A stretch of 64,000 nucleotides of DNA from a virus: positions 1 through 64,000 of IMG/VR virus record IMGVR_UViG_3300006928_000001, one strand, 5' to 3'. The position numbers and the translations under genes were made by a program. Each line of letters starts with the position of its first letter. Position 1 is the first letter of the stretch. Below are positions 19,687 through 28,181 of the stretch, in pieces. The notes under the pieces were generated by a model, which was not told the DNA's origin, searched no databases, and was given only the letters and a program-made list of their open reading frames with translations.

Positions 19687-21336
19687 CTACTCTACTGCAT
19701 CTATGATATATTCAGGAATGTAGCCAGACTTCATGATTCGCTCGAATCCGGAGTCAAGCAAGTACGTGATACCGTGGTCAGATGCAGACCTAACAACACG
19801 GCCAATACCTTGAACGGTAATCTGTGCTGCCTTCCACGTGTACCAAGCTGATGACCACCTTCTGTCAAGATTCTTCATCAGATACTCAACAGTTGGGTCT
19901 TTCATGTGTGGCCAAGGTGCTTTAGCCATAACCTGCCAGCGGCAAGAATCATCCGCACCATCCACGCCTTCCATCATAGACGGACCAACAAGAATCGCGT
20001 TAGGACCATACCCACCAGACAGAAAGCGTTGAATTACTTCAGTTCTAGCACCACCCCTTGGCAGCTGTTCAATCATACGGCCACCCATACGGCGGCGTAG
20101 AGCATCCGCTACATCTCCAGCCAAGTAATGACTGTGTGTATGAATGATTCCAGGTTCGTCATAATGAAGGTTTGCCAGTCGCTCAATTTTGTCAATCAGA
20201 GCAGGAAACGTACGGGTCCTGTTCTTGTAAGACATAGAACCAACGTAGTCTTTCTTAACGATACGGTTTTCAGGGTCAAATGCTGAAAGAATATCGATCA
20301 TCTCAAAGTTCTTGAGGCCTAGTTCTGCGGCAAACAGCTTAATGTGCAAGACGGTTGCGGTGACTATTAGAATCTTGTTACCCAGGCCGGTCAGTGCTTC
20401 AGCCATGGTAGCGACTTTCAATGGCTTAATCGTCCATCGACCTTGCGGATGCCACTGATTAGGTTCTTCCCACGTCGTTCCCCACGGGACGGAGCCTGAG
20501 TCAAGCAAAAACCGCTTGGCAAAACTTTCGTAGGAACGTTCTTCCTTCTCGTCAGAATTGTCATACATCTCTTGAAGTTCAGCTTCTTCGTAGATGCCGA
20601 AACCCTTTTTATGGGTTTTCATCTTCATGAGTGTAATGGCCATCTCCTCCGAGAGACCTCTCTGTTGTTCATCCATGTCAAGATACCGCAGTTGCCAACG
20701 TAGCCAAGGTAGGAAGAAGTCAGGATTCGCTGGTGGCTCGTCTGTAGTCAACGTCAATAGATCTTCTGGGTCGATAGTTGACGTCAAGTATGTTCTGATC
20801 CAGTCAACGGCAGTGTGACCCTCATCCATGCACAGCAATTCGCGCGGACCAAAATGAGATGAAATGTTCGCTTGAGCCATCAATGACGCATAACTATGCA
20901 TCACGATAGGTGAGTCTTGTGCTTCACTAAGAGCGGTGTAAAACGGACAGTTGCCGACACTGCATTCAGCTGGGTTCTCTTCTCGAATCTGTGGGTTCAG
21001 GTTACAAGGTGCATTCTTAGCCGTAACACTGGTACCGAGCATCAATGTGCATGAGTATGCTGACTTGCCCTTCATGATTTTCAGCTGTTCCCAACCACGC
21101 ATCTGATCTTGGAGAACCTTCTGTGGTGTACAGACATACGTTCCTTTGTTCAGCGTGGCAAGATACCTACCAAGTGCTAGCTGAATGATGCTCTTCCCCA
21201 CACCGGTAGGTGCCTGTAGAAAGACGACGTCTTTGTCGTCTATCCAGAAGGCATTAAAGATACGTGACAGCGCTTCTCTCTGCTGCGGCCGAAGTGTGAC
21301 TTCTGGTACGAGCTCTTCCCAGTCTGGTTCAATCAT
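19687..21336 (-). CDS. DinG/Rad3-family SF2 helicase with Fe-S cysteines
   Basis: Q motif, APTGVGKS, Cys cluster, DEGH, TAT, EGVD, QGIGRVVRS..DHG..LLD. Confidence 0.9.
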   Translation of the reverse strand: MIEPDWEELVPEVTLRPQQREALSRIFNAFWIDDKDVVFLQAPTGVGKSIIQLALGRYLATLNKGTYVCTPQKVLQDQMRGWEQLKIMKGKSAYSCTLMLGTSVTAKNAPCNLNPQIREENPAECSVGNCPFYTALSEAQDSPIVMHSYASLMAQANISSHFGPRELLCMDEGHTAVDWIRTYLTSTIDPEDLLTLTTDEPPANPDFFLPWLRWQLRYLDMDEQQRGLSEEMAITLMKMKTHKKGFGIYEEAELQEMYDNSDEKEERSYESFAKRFLLDSGSVPWGTTWEEPNQWHPQGRWTIKPLKVATMAEALTGLGNKILIVTATVLHIKLFAAELGLKNFEMIDILSAFDPENRIVKKDYVGSMSYKNRTRTFPALIDKIERLANLHYDEPGIIHTHSHYLAGDVADALRRRMGGRMIEQLPRGGARTEVIQRFLSGGYGPNAILVGPSMMEGVDGADDSCRWQVMAKAPWPHMKDPTVEYLMKNLDRRWSSAWYTWKAAQITVQGIGRVVRSASDHGITYLLDSGFERIMKSGYIPEYIIDAVE

Positions 21337-21743
21337 TACACGTGGTCCATATCAGGATTGTTGATGAGCCATCCCTGGCTCGTTGGTGTTGCCTCGTCAA
21401 GCTCGTGCTTCATAATCCATGAAAGCGCTTCAGCAACTACGACTCTAGGTGCGTCTTCATCTTCTTTAAAGAGCTCAACTGGAATTGGACGCTGCACAGA
21501 TACTTTGATGAATTTTACATGGTTCGAACTGGCATCTGGAGCCATGTATGTAACCACTAGTGATTGACCACTATGAATTCTGTCAAACACTACCTTAGCT
21601 GTTGGTTGCATGAGTTTTAGCAGCCCACGAAATTTGATGCTACTCCAAACTTCCATGACTTGATCGGCGATTGAACCAGGTGCGTAACTACACTCGTTTT
21701 GGTTTACAATCGGCACGTAAAGAGTCATGTATGAATCGTTCAT
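21336..21743 (-). CDS. Hypothetical protein
   Basis: 135 aa, coupled to neighbours; HELDE motif. Confidence 0.65.
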   Translation of the reverse strand: MNDSYMTLYVPIVNQNECSYAPGSIADQVMEVWSSIKFRGLLKLMQPTAKVVFDRIHSGQSLVVTYMAPDASSNHVKFIKVSVQRPIPVELFKEDEDAPRVVVAEALSWIMKHELDEATPTSQGWLINNPDMDHV

Positions 21744-22126
21744 GACAACTTCCAGTCACAATCCCTGTTTGAACAGTACCTATTGCCCGATGTAGAATAG
21801 ACTTCATGACCACACATGGGGCATGGATACTTTACAACGTAAGGTTCCTGTTGATACATCTGTACGAACGCATCATTTGCCTCAAACAACGTTGGTAGCT
21901 TCATCCCGTTGATACTAGCGCCAGGAACCATCACAGGCAGGATCATCTTATCGAACCATGCCAGTAGCTTTTGACGCTGAACTTCAGTCATCTCTTCGTC
22001 AGGACCTATATCATCACAGATGAGTGTGTGAAACCGCTGCCCGATCAGAGGGTTGTGTTGCATCGGCTTGATGACTACTACGTTATCAGGGTCGTTAGTT
22101 ATGACTAGTAGTTTGTTCTTTTTCAT
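21740..22126 (-). CDS. Small protein with a terminase Walker-B-like segment and C-terminal Zn ribbon
   Basis: GQRFHTLICDD...RQKLLAWFDKMILP; CPMC...C....C. Confidence 0.55.
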   Translation of the reverse strand: MKKNKLLVITNDPDNVVVIKPMQHNPLIGQRFHTLICDDIGPDEEMTEVQRQKLLAWFDKMILPVMVPGASINGMKLPTLFEANDAFVQMYQQEPYVVKYPCPMCGHEVYSTSGNRYCSNRDCDWKLS

Positions 22127-24747
22127 GACTGCTCCTGAAACAGGAGAGGAACACGCCGCTTCATCACGCGAGTCACTGCTTCATTGATGTCTTCACCACC
22201 TTGCGCTGCCCTAGTCACCAGGTATTCCCAATGCGTTTCTGGCCTACCTTCCAAAACTTTGTCCAAGTCATACGCCGGGACGCCAATCTCTCGCATGACT
22301 TCCATGACCATGTCTTCCCCGGCCAGCTTCATGAACACCGCACCCATCTCAGTGGTAACCTTGTTACGACGGGCCGTCTTCATCTTCTCTTCGACGATAG
22401 CATCTGGTGGGCGAACCTTCTTGCATCCATGCTTCTCCAAGTTCTTTTCGACCCATTGTTCGAATTCCTTAGGAGGCATCGCGTTAAGTTCAACTCGTCG
22501 ACCCTTCGGCTTGTCTACCCAATACGGGAATTCACCGGTACGAAACATCTTTGGCATGAACGCATCAAACGCTTCTGGTTCCATCAGCGGACGTTTTGTT
22601 CCGTCTGGGTCTACGATTTTATGTTTGGTCATCGTCTTATTGATCATAGACCAGTTATGCTTTTTAATCTCGAATGGTTCGTCTTGTAGTCCCATCTCGA
22701 CAGCATCCCGAATTGTTAGACCGACGTCGATGACTTCGATCTTAACGTTCTCGCCAAACCGGGGAAGGTTAGTGGCTAGGTCGTACCCAATCATGTATCC
22801 AGCTGGGTCTGCGTCGTGCAGGCAGATGATCTTGACCATGTCACCAAGAAGCTTCTTGTATTTCTGCAATACGTCACGAATGGCTTCAACCGCAAATCCC
22901 TTAGAGCCGACGATGATAGCGTCCCATCGCTTATCGATCTTCATCTGCCTCATCTGAGCGGCGAGGTTTTCCTTCTCAACGAAGATGATAGTATGACCCA
23001 GCCACTTCTTCGGTTTGAAGTCACGAACGTCTGCAGTGCCTAGACGAACGGTCTTGCCGTTGTGAGGTTCGTACATGGTCCCTCGAGGGTCCTTTAGACA
23101 GATAGCTTTACCAGCAACATTTCGTTCGTACTCATCGATATAAGCACAGAATGTCCCGTAGTGAAGCTCACGATCGTCTAGGACATACCACTCTTTACGC
23201 ATCGAGTAATAGAACTGACGAATCAACGGCTCGTACTTACCATTGTCGGTTACCTCCTTGAGTACCCTAGGGATCAAGCGAAATAGTTCAAGACGAATAG
23301 TATCTCGCTTCTGCTTTTTAGCCTTCTTTCGCTTAGTTTCCCCGTGGCGTTGACGGCGTACCTCAAGAGTTGCTTTTTCAAGACACTCAGATAGCGGAGC
23401 AGACAACCAGGACGTATCAAACTGTTGTTTCCCGTACCCGCTATATCCAGGACTAGGGCAGGTTACGTGGACAACAAACGAACAGGGTGTCTTACCATGG
23501 TCAATTTGGTATGCTCTAGCGATAGAGCCTAGGTCACCATTGATAGACAACCATTGTCCACGAACCTTATCACGATACTTGAATCCGTCTTTACCCTTGA
23601 AAGACGGAGACCCATACAAGAACGTTCTGTTCATAGCTAGAATCGGTTCTGGAGCCCGCCGTTTACCTTCTGGCATTTGCATCAGACAGACTTCTACAAG
23701 AAACGGAATCTCTGCCTCGTTGCTAGAAAATGTACCTGAAACCGAGTGGTACCAGTGTCCAGCATCCGCATCAGTACCCATTTCTTTCGTAAGAAATTGA
23801 GCGAGTCTTTCATCGCCCACGGCGTTAAACTGTGGGAACGTGGCCTTCTTAGACGTGACCTTCGACATATACTCGTAGACGCTTTTAACCTGCTTGACAG
23901 CGTTTTCAATTGGTACGTTATCAATTCCTTGGTTCCGCAGGTCTGATGGAGAAATACGAGAAAACGCGAATTCACGCATCCAGTCATACAGCTTATAGTT
24001 AGGCCTAGCTCTAACGTCAGCTGCCATACGCTCTGTAAACTCATCTAACGTAAACCAAGTAGACGCTCCAGCCTTATGGGCTTCATTCATGCATGGCTTC
24101 GTCTTGGTAGTGTTCATTGGTGGGGTTGACCAGATAGTCGACTTGTACATCACCATGAACTTCGCGTGTGGATTCATCCACGCAAATTGACGTACGGCGT
24201 CAAACACATCGTCTAGTGTTGATCCACCTCGCTTCCAAGGTAGTTCCGGTAGTGGGACTCGAATAGCTGATGGCTTTGGGGCACCAAATGGAATACGTAT
24301 CACATCGACTTTCTGCTTCACCTTGTCAAGATTGACCTGAAGTCGAAGCGAATGTCCACTAGGTCGGTACAACTCGATGTACCCAACATCCAACCATGCC
24401 GAGACGATACCCATAATCGTCATGATGGCGTTGCCCTGAGCACCTCGGGTGGGTAGCTTGTGATGTCTGTTACTACCACCAAATCTGTCAAAGTCCAGGA
24501 TGTTATCAAGAACCGCGTCTGAAATGCCAGGCCCGTTCTCCGCAACTTCGATATATGAATCAGTCAGTGTAACGCGAATCATTGGCGTTACACCGAACTC
24601 TTCAATTGCTGCTACGGCGTTATCCAGTAGTTCTTTTACTACGTACACTGGCCAACGGCCTTGGTTAACTCCGCATAGCTTAACCAACTCACTAGGCTGA
24701 AAATTAGACCAGGTACGAGAGTCGGAATGGAATACGCGTCCACTCAT
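22123..24747 (-). CDS. Type IIB topoisomerase, topo VI B-A single-chain fusion
   Basis: GHKL: VKELLDNA, ENGPGI, RGAQGNA. A-like half: RQFYY (catalytic Tyr), FVEKE, GSKGF, HDADPAG, RVELNAM. Confidence 0.85.
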   Translation of the reverse strand: MSGRVFHSDSRTWSNFQPSELVKLCGVNQGRWPVYVVKELLDNAVAAIEEFGVTPMIRVTLTDSYIEVAENGPGISDAVLDNILDFDRFGGSNRHHKLPTRGAQGNAIMTIMGIVSAWLDVGYIELYRPSGHSLRLQVNLDKVKQKVDVIRIPFGAPKPSAIRVPLPELPWKRGGSTLDDVFDAVRQFAWMNPHAKFMVMYKSTIWSTPPMNTTKTKPCMNEAHKAGASTWFTLDEFTERMAADVRARPNYKLYDWMREFAFSRISPSDLRNQGIDNVPIENAVKQVKSVYEYMSKVTSKKATFPQFNAVGDERLAQFLTKEMGTDADAGHWYHSVSGTFSSNEAEIPFLVEVCLMQMPEGKRRAPEPILAMNRTFLYGSPSFKGKDGFKYRDKVRGQWLSINGDLGSIARAYQIDHGKTPCSFVVHVTCPSPGYSGYGKQQFDTSWLSAPLSECLEKATLEVRRQRHGETKRKKAKKQKRDTIRLELFRLIPRVLKEVTDNGKYEPLIRQFYYSMRKEWYVLDDRELHYGTFCAYIDEYERNVAGKAICLKDPRGTMYEPHNGKTVRLGTADVRDFKPKKWLGHTIIFVEKENLAAQMRQMKIDKRWDAIIVGSKGFAVEAIRDVLQKYKKLLGDMVKIICLHDADPAGYMIGYDLATNLPRFGENVKIEVIDVGLTIRDAVEMGLQDEPFEIKKHNWSMINKTMTKHKIVDPDGTKRPLMEPEAFDAFMPKMFRTGEFPYWVDKPKGRRVELNAMPPKEFEQWVEKNLEKHGCKKVRPPDAIVEEKMKTARRNKVTTEMGAVFMKLAGEDMVMEVMREIGVPAYDLDKVLEGRPETHWEYLVTRAAQGGEDINEAVTRVMKRRVPLLFQEQS

Positions 24748-24799
24748 TGGAAAACCTCACTCTTGGCCCCTCCCCTAAGGGGCAATTCCGTAGGGGTAG

Positions 24800-24876
24800 G
24801 AGACCCCTGGAGCTCACGAAGAGGGGTATGAGGGGAAGGATATACCCCTCTTAGTTTCGTAAGCCCCAGAGGCCCC
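24800..24876 (-). ncRNA. Long hairpin (about 30 bp) with C-rich loop; candidate regulatory RNA element
   Basis: 21-bp outer stem with five G-U pairs on the minus strand, 5-nt bulge, 9-bp inner stem, loop atccttcccctc. Confidence 0.55.
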
Positions 24877-24899
24877 ACAGTGAAATACGGTAGCTTGGG

Positions 24900-25637
24900 C
24901 TACCACTCCCTCGGATCAGTATCCGGAGCAACAGGCAGATGACCGCGACGAGACAGCGATAGATAGTGCTTACCGTGTCGGCCGTCCAGCTTAATGTTGG
25001 CGGATGGAAACGCCTCTTTAAGAAGGCGGTTCAACTCTTTGTCACCAACCTGTGGGTTTTGAGCGATCAGATAAGCTGCCGTAAGCTTCTGAGTATTCTT
25101 ACGCTTCTTGGTAGCGATTCGAGCCGCGGTGCGTGGGGTACGCTCCAGCTTGACCCGGTTGCTAATTGAAATCTCTGACTGATGCTTGTACGACCAGAGA
25201 ATAACTCGGTTACCATCAAGACGCTGGAACGCCACGTTAGTGGAACTTGGAGTTACATAGATTCGACGAGGATCAAACTCATTTCGAATTGGGAGATCAC
25301 CAGTAGTGATCTCAAGACCATCTTCGATTTTGATGATACGAAGATTACCTTCATCCGTCTCAACCACTTCATTACGGAGCGGGAGTTGATCACCATAGTG
25401 GAGCTGGCCACACTGATTATCATCTTCAGTGTAAAATCGCCAACTCATCAGATCGCCTTCTTCCAAGCGGTATAGAGCGTACACGGGTGTAGCCTCTGAA
25501 CTCGCCTTTAGCTTCTCACGACGCCGAACTGCGCGCAACTCTTTCTTCAAGTCATCATGGCTAGCTTTCGTCCTCTTAGCGATCTCATTCGCCGGTTCTG
25601 CCTTGAGGATTTCTGCTCTCATCTTGTCTTTGGTCAT
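24900..25637 (-). CDS. Hypothetical basic protein; C-terminal domain paralogous to 57223..57825
   Basis: AFPSANI..RHGKHYLSLSRRGHL motif; GAGGGGAAG SD. Confidence 0.75.
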   Translation of the reverse strand: MTKDKMRAEILKAEPANEIAKRTKASHDDLKKELRAVRRREKLKASSEATPVYALYRLEEGDLMSWRFYTEDDNQCGQLHYGDQLPLRNEVVETDEGNLRIIKIEDGLEITTGDLPIRNEFDPRRIYVTPSSTNVAFQRLDGNRVILWSYKHQSEISISNRVKLERTPRTAARIATKKRKNTQKLTAAYLIAQNPQVGDKELNRLLKEAFPSANIKLDGRHGKHYLSLSRRGHLPVAPDTDPREW

Positions 25638-25666
25638 TGTTGTTCTTCCCCTCAGAAGACGTTAAA

Positions 25667-25686
25667 GGCCCCTCCAATGAGGGGCC
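25667..25686 (-). promoter_or_regulatory. 8-bp leader hairpin
   Basis: ggcccctc-caat-gaggggcc, about 30 nt upstream of the 25637 start. Confidence 0.45.
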
Positions 25687-25745
25687 CCATCCTTGTATCA
25701 CACAAGGAATTTCGTAGGTAAAAAATATTCTCGTGAATTCGCAGA

Positions 25746-26390
25746 TTACCTGTTGACAACGCTCATAGCGATTTCCATAATGTAGTCTTCGCGAGTCGGT
25801 AGTGGAGGCACTTTTCCATACATACAGCTAATCCATTGATCAAGACAAGCTTTTACCATACGTTCAAACGCCCGATGATACGCGAGACTCTGTTGTCGTG
25901 CAGGGTCATCTCCAACATTAATGAACGCGTCCATACTACAGAACAAAACCAAGTCATACCGTAGCATATGCTTTGCGGCGTTAAGCTCGAACTCGTCACT
26001 CAGTGAGTATGGAGCGTGCATAGCAGTATAGCAATAATCGTCGATAGTAGTTCTATCGGTGATGAACCTGTCGTGGTTATTTTCCCACTCGATTTTTTCA
26101 GTTTGTAGACGCCGCTGAAACATAGTTCGACACGTGTTACCCTTAGAGCCATAGTTGTTGTAGTCAGACACCGCCGCCTGTGCCGCTAGGTCAGGAGTTA
26201 GTCCTTCTAAAACTGCGGCGTTATACGCAGGTTGGTTAGCAAGATCAACGTCGTACGGATTAGTAAAACCGAGAACTTCGGCGGTGCTACGTGACCCCAC
26301 CGGGTTAATTGGCACATGAAATCGCTCAGACAACATCCGAGCAATCGTGGTCTTTCCAGTTCCGCTAGGTCCACACAGTCCGATTCTCAT
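25746..26390 (-). CDS. P-loop nucleotide kinase (AAA_28/NadR-like)
   Basis: IGLCGPSGTGKTT, FITDRTTID, YDLVLF, DDPAR. Confidence 0.8.
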   Translation of the reverse strand: MRIGLCGPSGTGKTTIARMLSERFHVPINPVGSRSTAEVLGFTNPYDVDLANQPAYNAAVLEGLTPDLAAQAAVSDYNNYGSKGNTCRTMFQRRLQTEKIEWENNHDRFITDRTTIDDYCYTAMHAPYSLSDEFELNAAKHMLRYDLVLFCSMDAFINVGDDPARQQSLAYHRAFERMVKACLDQWISCMYGKVPPLPTREDYIMEIAMSVVNR

Positions 26391-26959
26391 TTCGGTTCTC
26401 CTCTGTACTTGTTCGGATAGTAGTGTTGACCCATGACCTTGAGAGCAGACGTGATCTCTTCTTCGGTCACGAGTTTCAAGTCCTTGGCTTCTTCATCGGA
26501 CATAGGAGTCAAAAGCTGTTCGCGAGCGTTGGTATACTTATCAATACGTATTTTCGCTTCAGCCGCGATCTTAGTACTCACAGAGTCTTCATCTTCGTGA
26601 TAATCACCCATGAAAATGACGTGCTTAATACCAGCCGAAGCAATCAGCTTCAGACAGGTAGGGCATGGATGCGTCGTCACAAAGATTGTGCAGCCATCTG
26701 TACTCTGTCCACCTAGTGCAGCCTGAGCAATAGCGTTTGACTCAGCGTGTACAGTACGGACGCAGTGTCCGTCGTGCATCAGATGGCCAACGTCGTCACA
26801 GTGCGGTGCTCCAGGTAGAGAGCCGTTGTATCCAGTGGCCACGATGTGACGACGCGAATTGATGATCACACACCCAACTTGACGACGGTTACACGTGGCT
26901 CTAGTCGCTACCATTTGAGCGATAGTCATAAAGTAGTCATGCCATGCTGGTCTACTCAT
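26387..26959 (-). CDS. dCMP deaminase
   Basis: RATCNRRQVGCVI, TGYNG, HAESNAI, PCPTC. Confidence 0.95.
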   Translation of the reverse strand: MSRPAWHDYFMTIAQMVATRATCNRRQVGCVIINSRRHIVATGYNGSLPGAPHCDDVGHLMHDGHCVRTVHAESNAIAQAALGGQSTDGCTIFVTTHPCPTCLKLIASAGIKHVIFMGDYHEDEDSVSTKIAAEAKIRIDKYTNAREQLLTPMSDEEAKDLKLVTEEEITSALKVMGQHYYPNKYRGEPK

Positions 26960-27414
26960 CGTTCACCACCACTAGTACTAGCGACGTATGAAGCGATTGC
27001 TCGCTCTCTGTCCGTCATCTTTTTGCCTTGTGAAACTCGTCGCATGATCGGTGGCCAGAACACGTCAACAAACCATTCAGGAGGACTGCCGGTAAGTAGT
27101 ACCTGGTCAACATGGCTAACGATATCCCAGTCAGTAACGTTTCCAGTTACCTTTGCAGGCCTTTCCTCTACCGATACGAAGAGAGGTTTGTCATCATCCA
27201 ATCTAGCATTACTTACGATAGCTGCTACTTCTTCATCGGTAACACCAACCTTCTTTGAAAGCCCCATCATAACACGAGATAGCACTAGCAGAGTATTCTT
27301 AGCGTCGGCCACGCGTTTAACATGAGACTTTTCTACGATACCAGGGTAATGCTTGTGCATGACTTCACCTAACCCAATTAGCAACTTACGTAGATCAGGG
27401 GTTGACTCAGACAT
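26956..27414 (-). CDS. Hypothetical protein
   Basis: 152 aa, coupled to neighbours. Confidence 0.65.
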   Translation of the reverse strand: MSESTPDLRKLLIGLGEVMHKHYPGIVEKSHVKRVADAKNTLLVLSRVMMGLSKKVGVTDEEVAAIVSNARLDDDKPLFVSVEERPAKVTGNVTDWDIVSHVDQVLLTGSPPEWFVDVFWPPIMRRVSQGKKMTDRERAIASYVASTSGGER

Positions 27415-27811
27415 AGCAGCCCATTAGTCGCAAGAAGTTGTCCTCACCTTCACAGACACAAACGTATTCTTCAGACGCTTCGTTAAACGGGTCCGCTGGA
27501 ATCCAAACCTTGAGACGACCGCCACCAACTGTGTCAGTTACCACATACGCGCTACTACCGGCTCTTTTTCGGATAGCTTTGATGTGATGATCTTGAGCAC
27601 CGGATAGCTTCAGCGACTTGTACGTGCGCTCTGACATGGTGCCCTTGGTCGAATCGACCTTGAACTCCATCATGATCACACGGTTAGTAACTATCATGGC
27701 GTCCGGTATACCTCGTGTAAAGCTATCGGATAACTTTACGAAATGTGCGCCATTACGCTTTAGTAGGTCCTTGATCCGGTTAGTGACAATCGTCTCAGGG
27801 TTCTTAGACAT
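27407..27811 (-). CDS. VRR-NUC / Holliday junction resolvase-like PD-(D/E)XK nuclease
   Basis: E...., GIPD, MEFK, LS..Q pattern; start MSKNPE at 27811. Confidence 0.8.
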   Translation of the reverse strand: MSKNPETIVTNRIKDLLKRNGAHFVKLSDSFTRGIPDAMIVTNRVIMMEFKVDSTKGTMSERTYKSLKLSGAQDHHIKAIRKRAGSSAYVVTDTVGGGRLKVWIPADPFNEASEEYVCVCEGEDNFLRLMGCYV

Positions 27812-28157
27812 CGACTGCGTTAACCTTGCGATCACGAAGACTATCAATCGCTTCCTGGTACTTATCCAAATCTTCGTCGGTGAAGTCTTCCGGTTCAAGA
27901 CCAGTTAGCAAAATCTCGATGAGCTTGCTAATGTTATCACGAACAATCATGATACCCTTGCGCCCGTGTACTGGTGGCTCAGTGACACCGTCTCGATACC
28001 AAAACTCACGGATATCAACGTACCGACCAGGCTTAGCATTCTTCCTGGCCGAGAAGATCTTGGTAAGAACACGCTGCTCAGTTCTAGCTGACTTAGGAAT
28101 GACTCCAATCACTTGCTCATCATCAGACAAAACAGAATCGTTACGAGCTCCAGGCAT
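27804..28157 (-). CDS. PC4/YdbC-family ssDNA-binding protein
   Basis: YVDIREFWY...GRKGIMI signature. Confidence 0.75.
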   Translation of the reverse strand: MPGARNDSVLSDDEQVIGVIPKSARTEQRVLTKIFSARKNAKPGRYVDIREFWYRDGVTEPPVHGRKGIMIVRDNISKLIEILLTGLEPEDFTDEDLDKYQEAIDSLRDRKVNAVDV

Positions 28158-28181
28158 TTTTCCCCTCTCTTCATTGGTTAG

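Noticed and set aside
22123-24747. Wadjet JetD or another defence TOPRIM nuclease
   Set aside because: It is fused to a GHKL ATPase, and there are no SMC/kleisin genes nearby.
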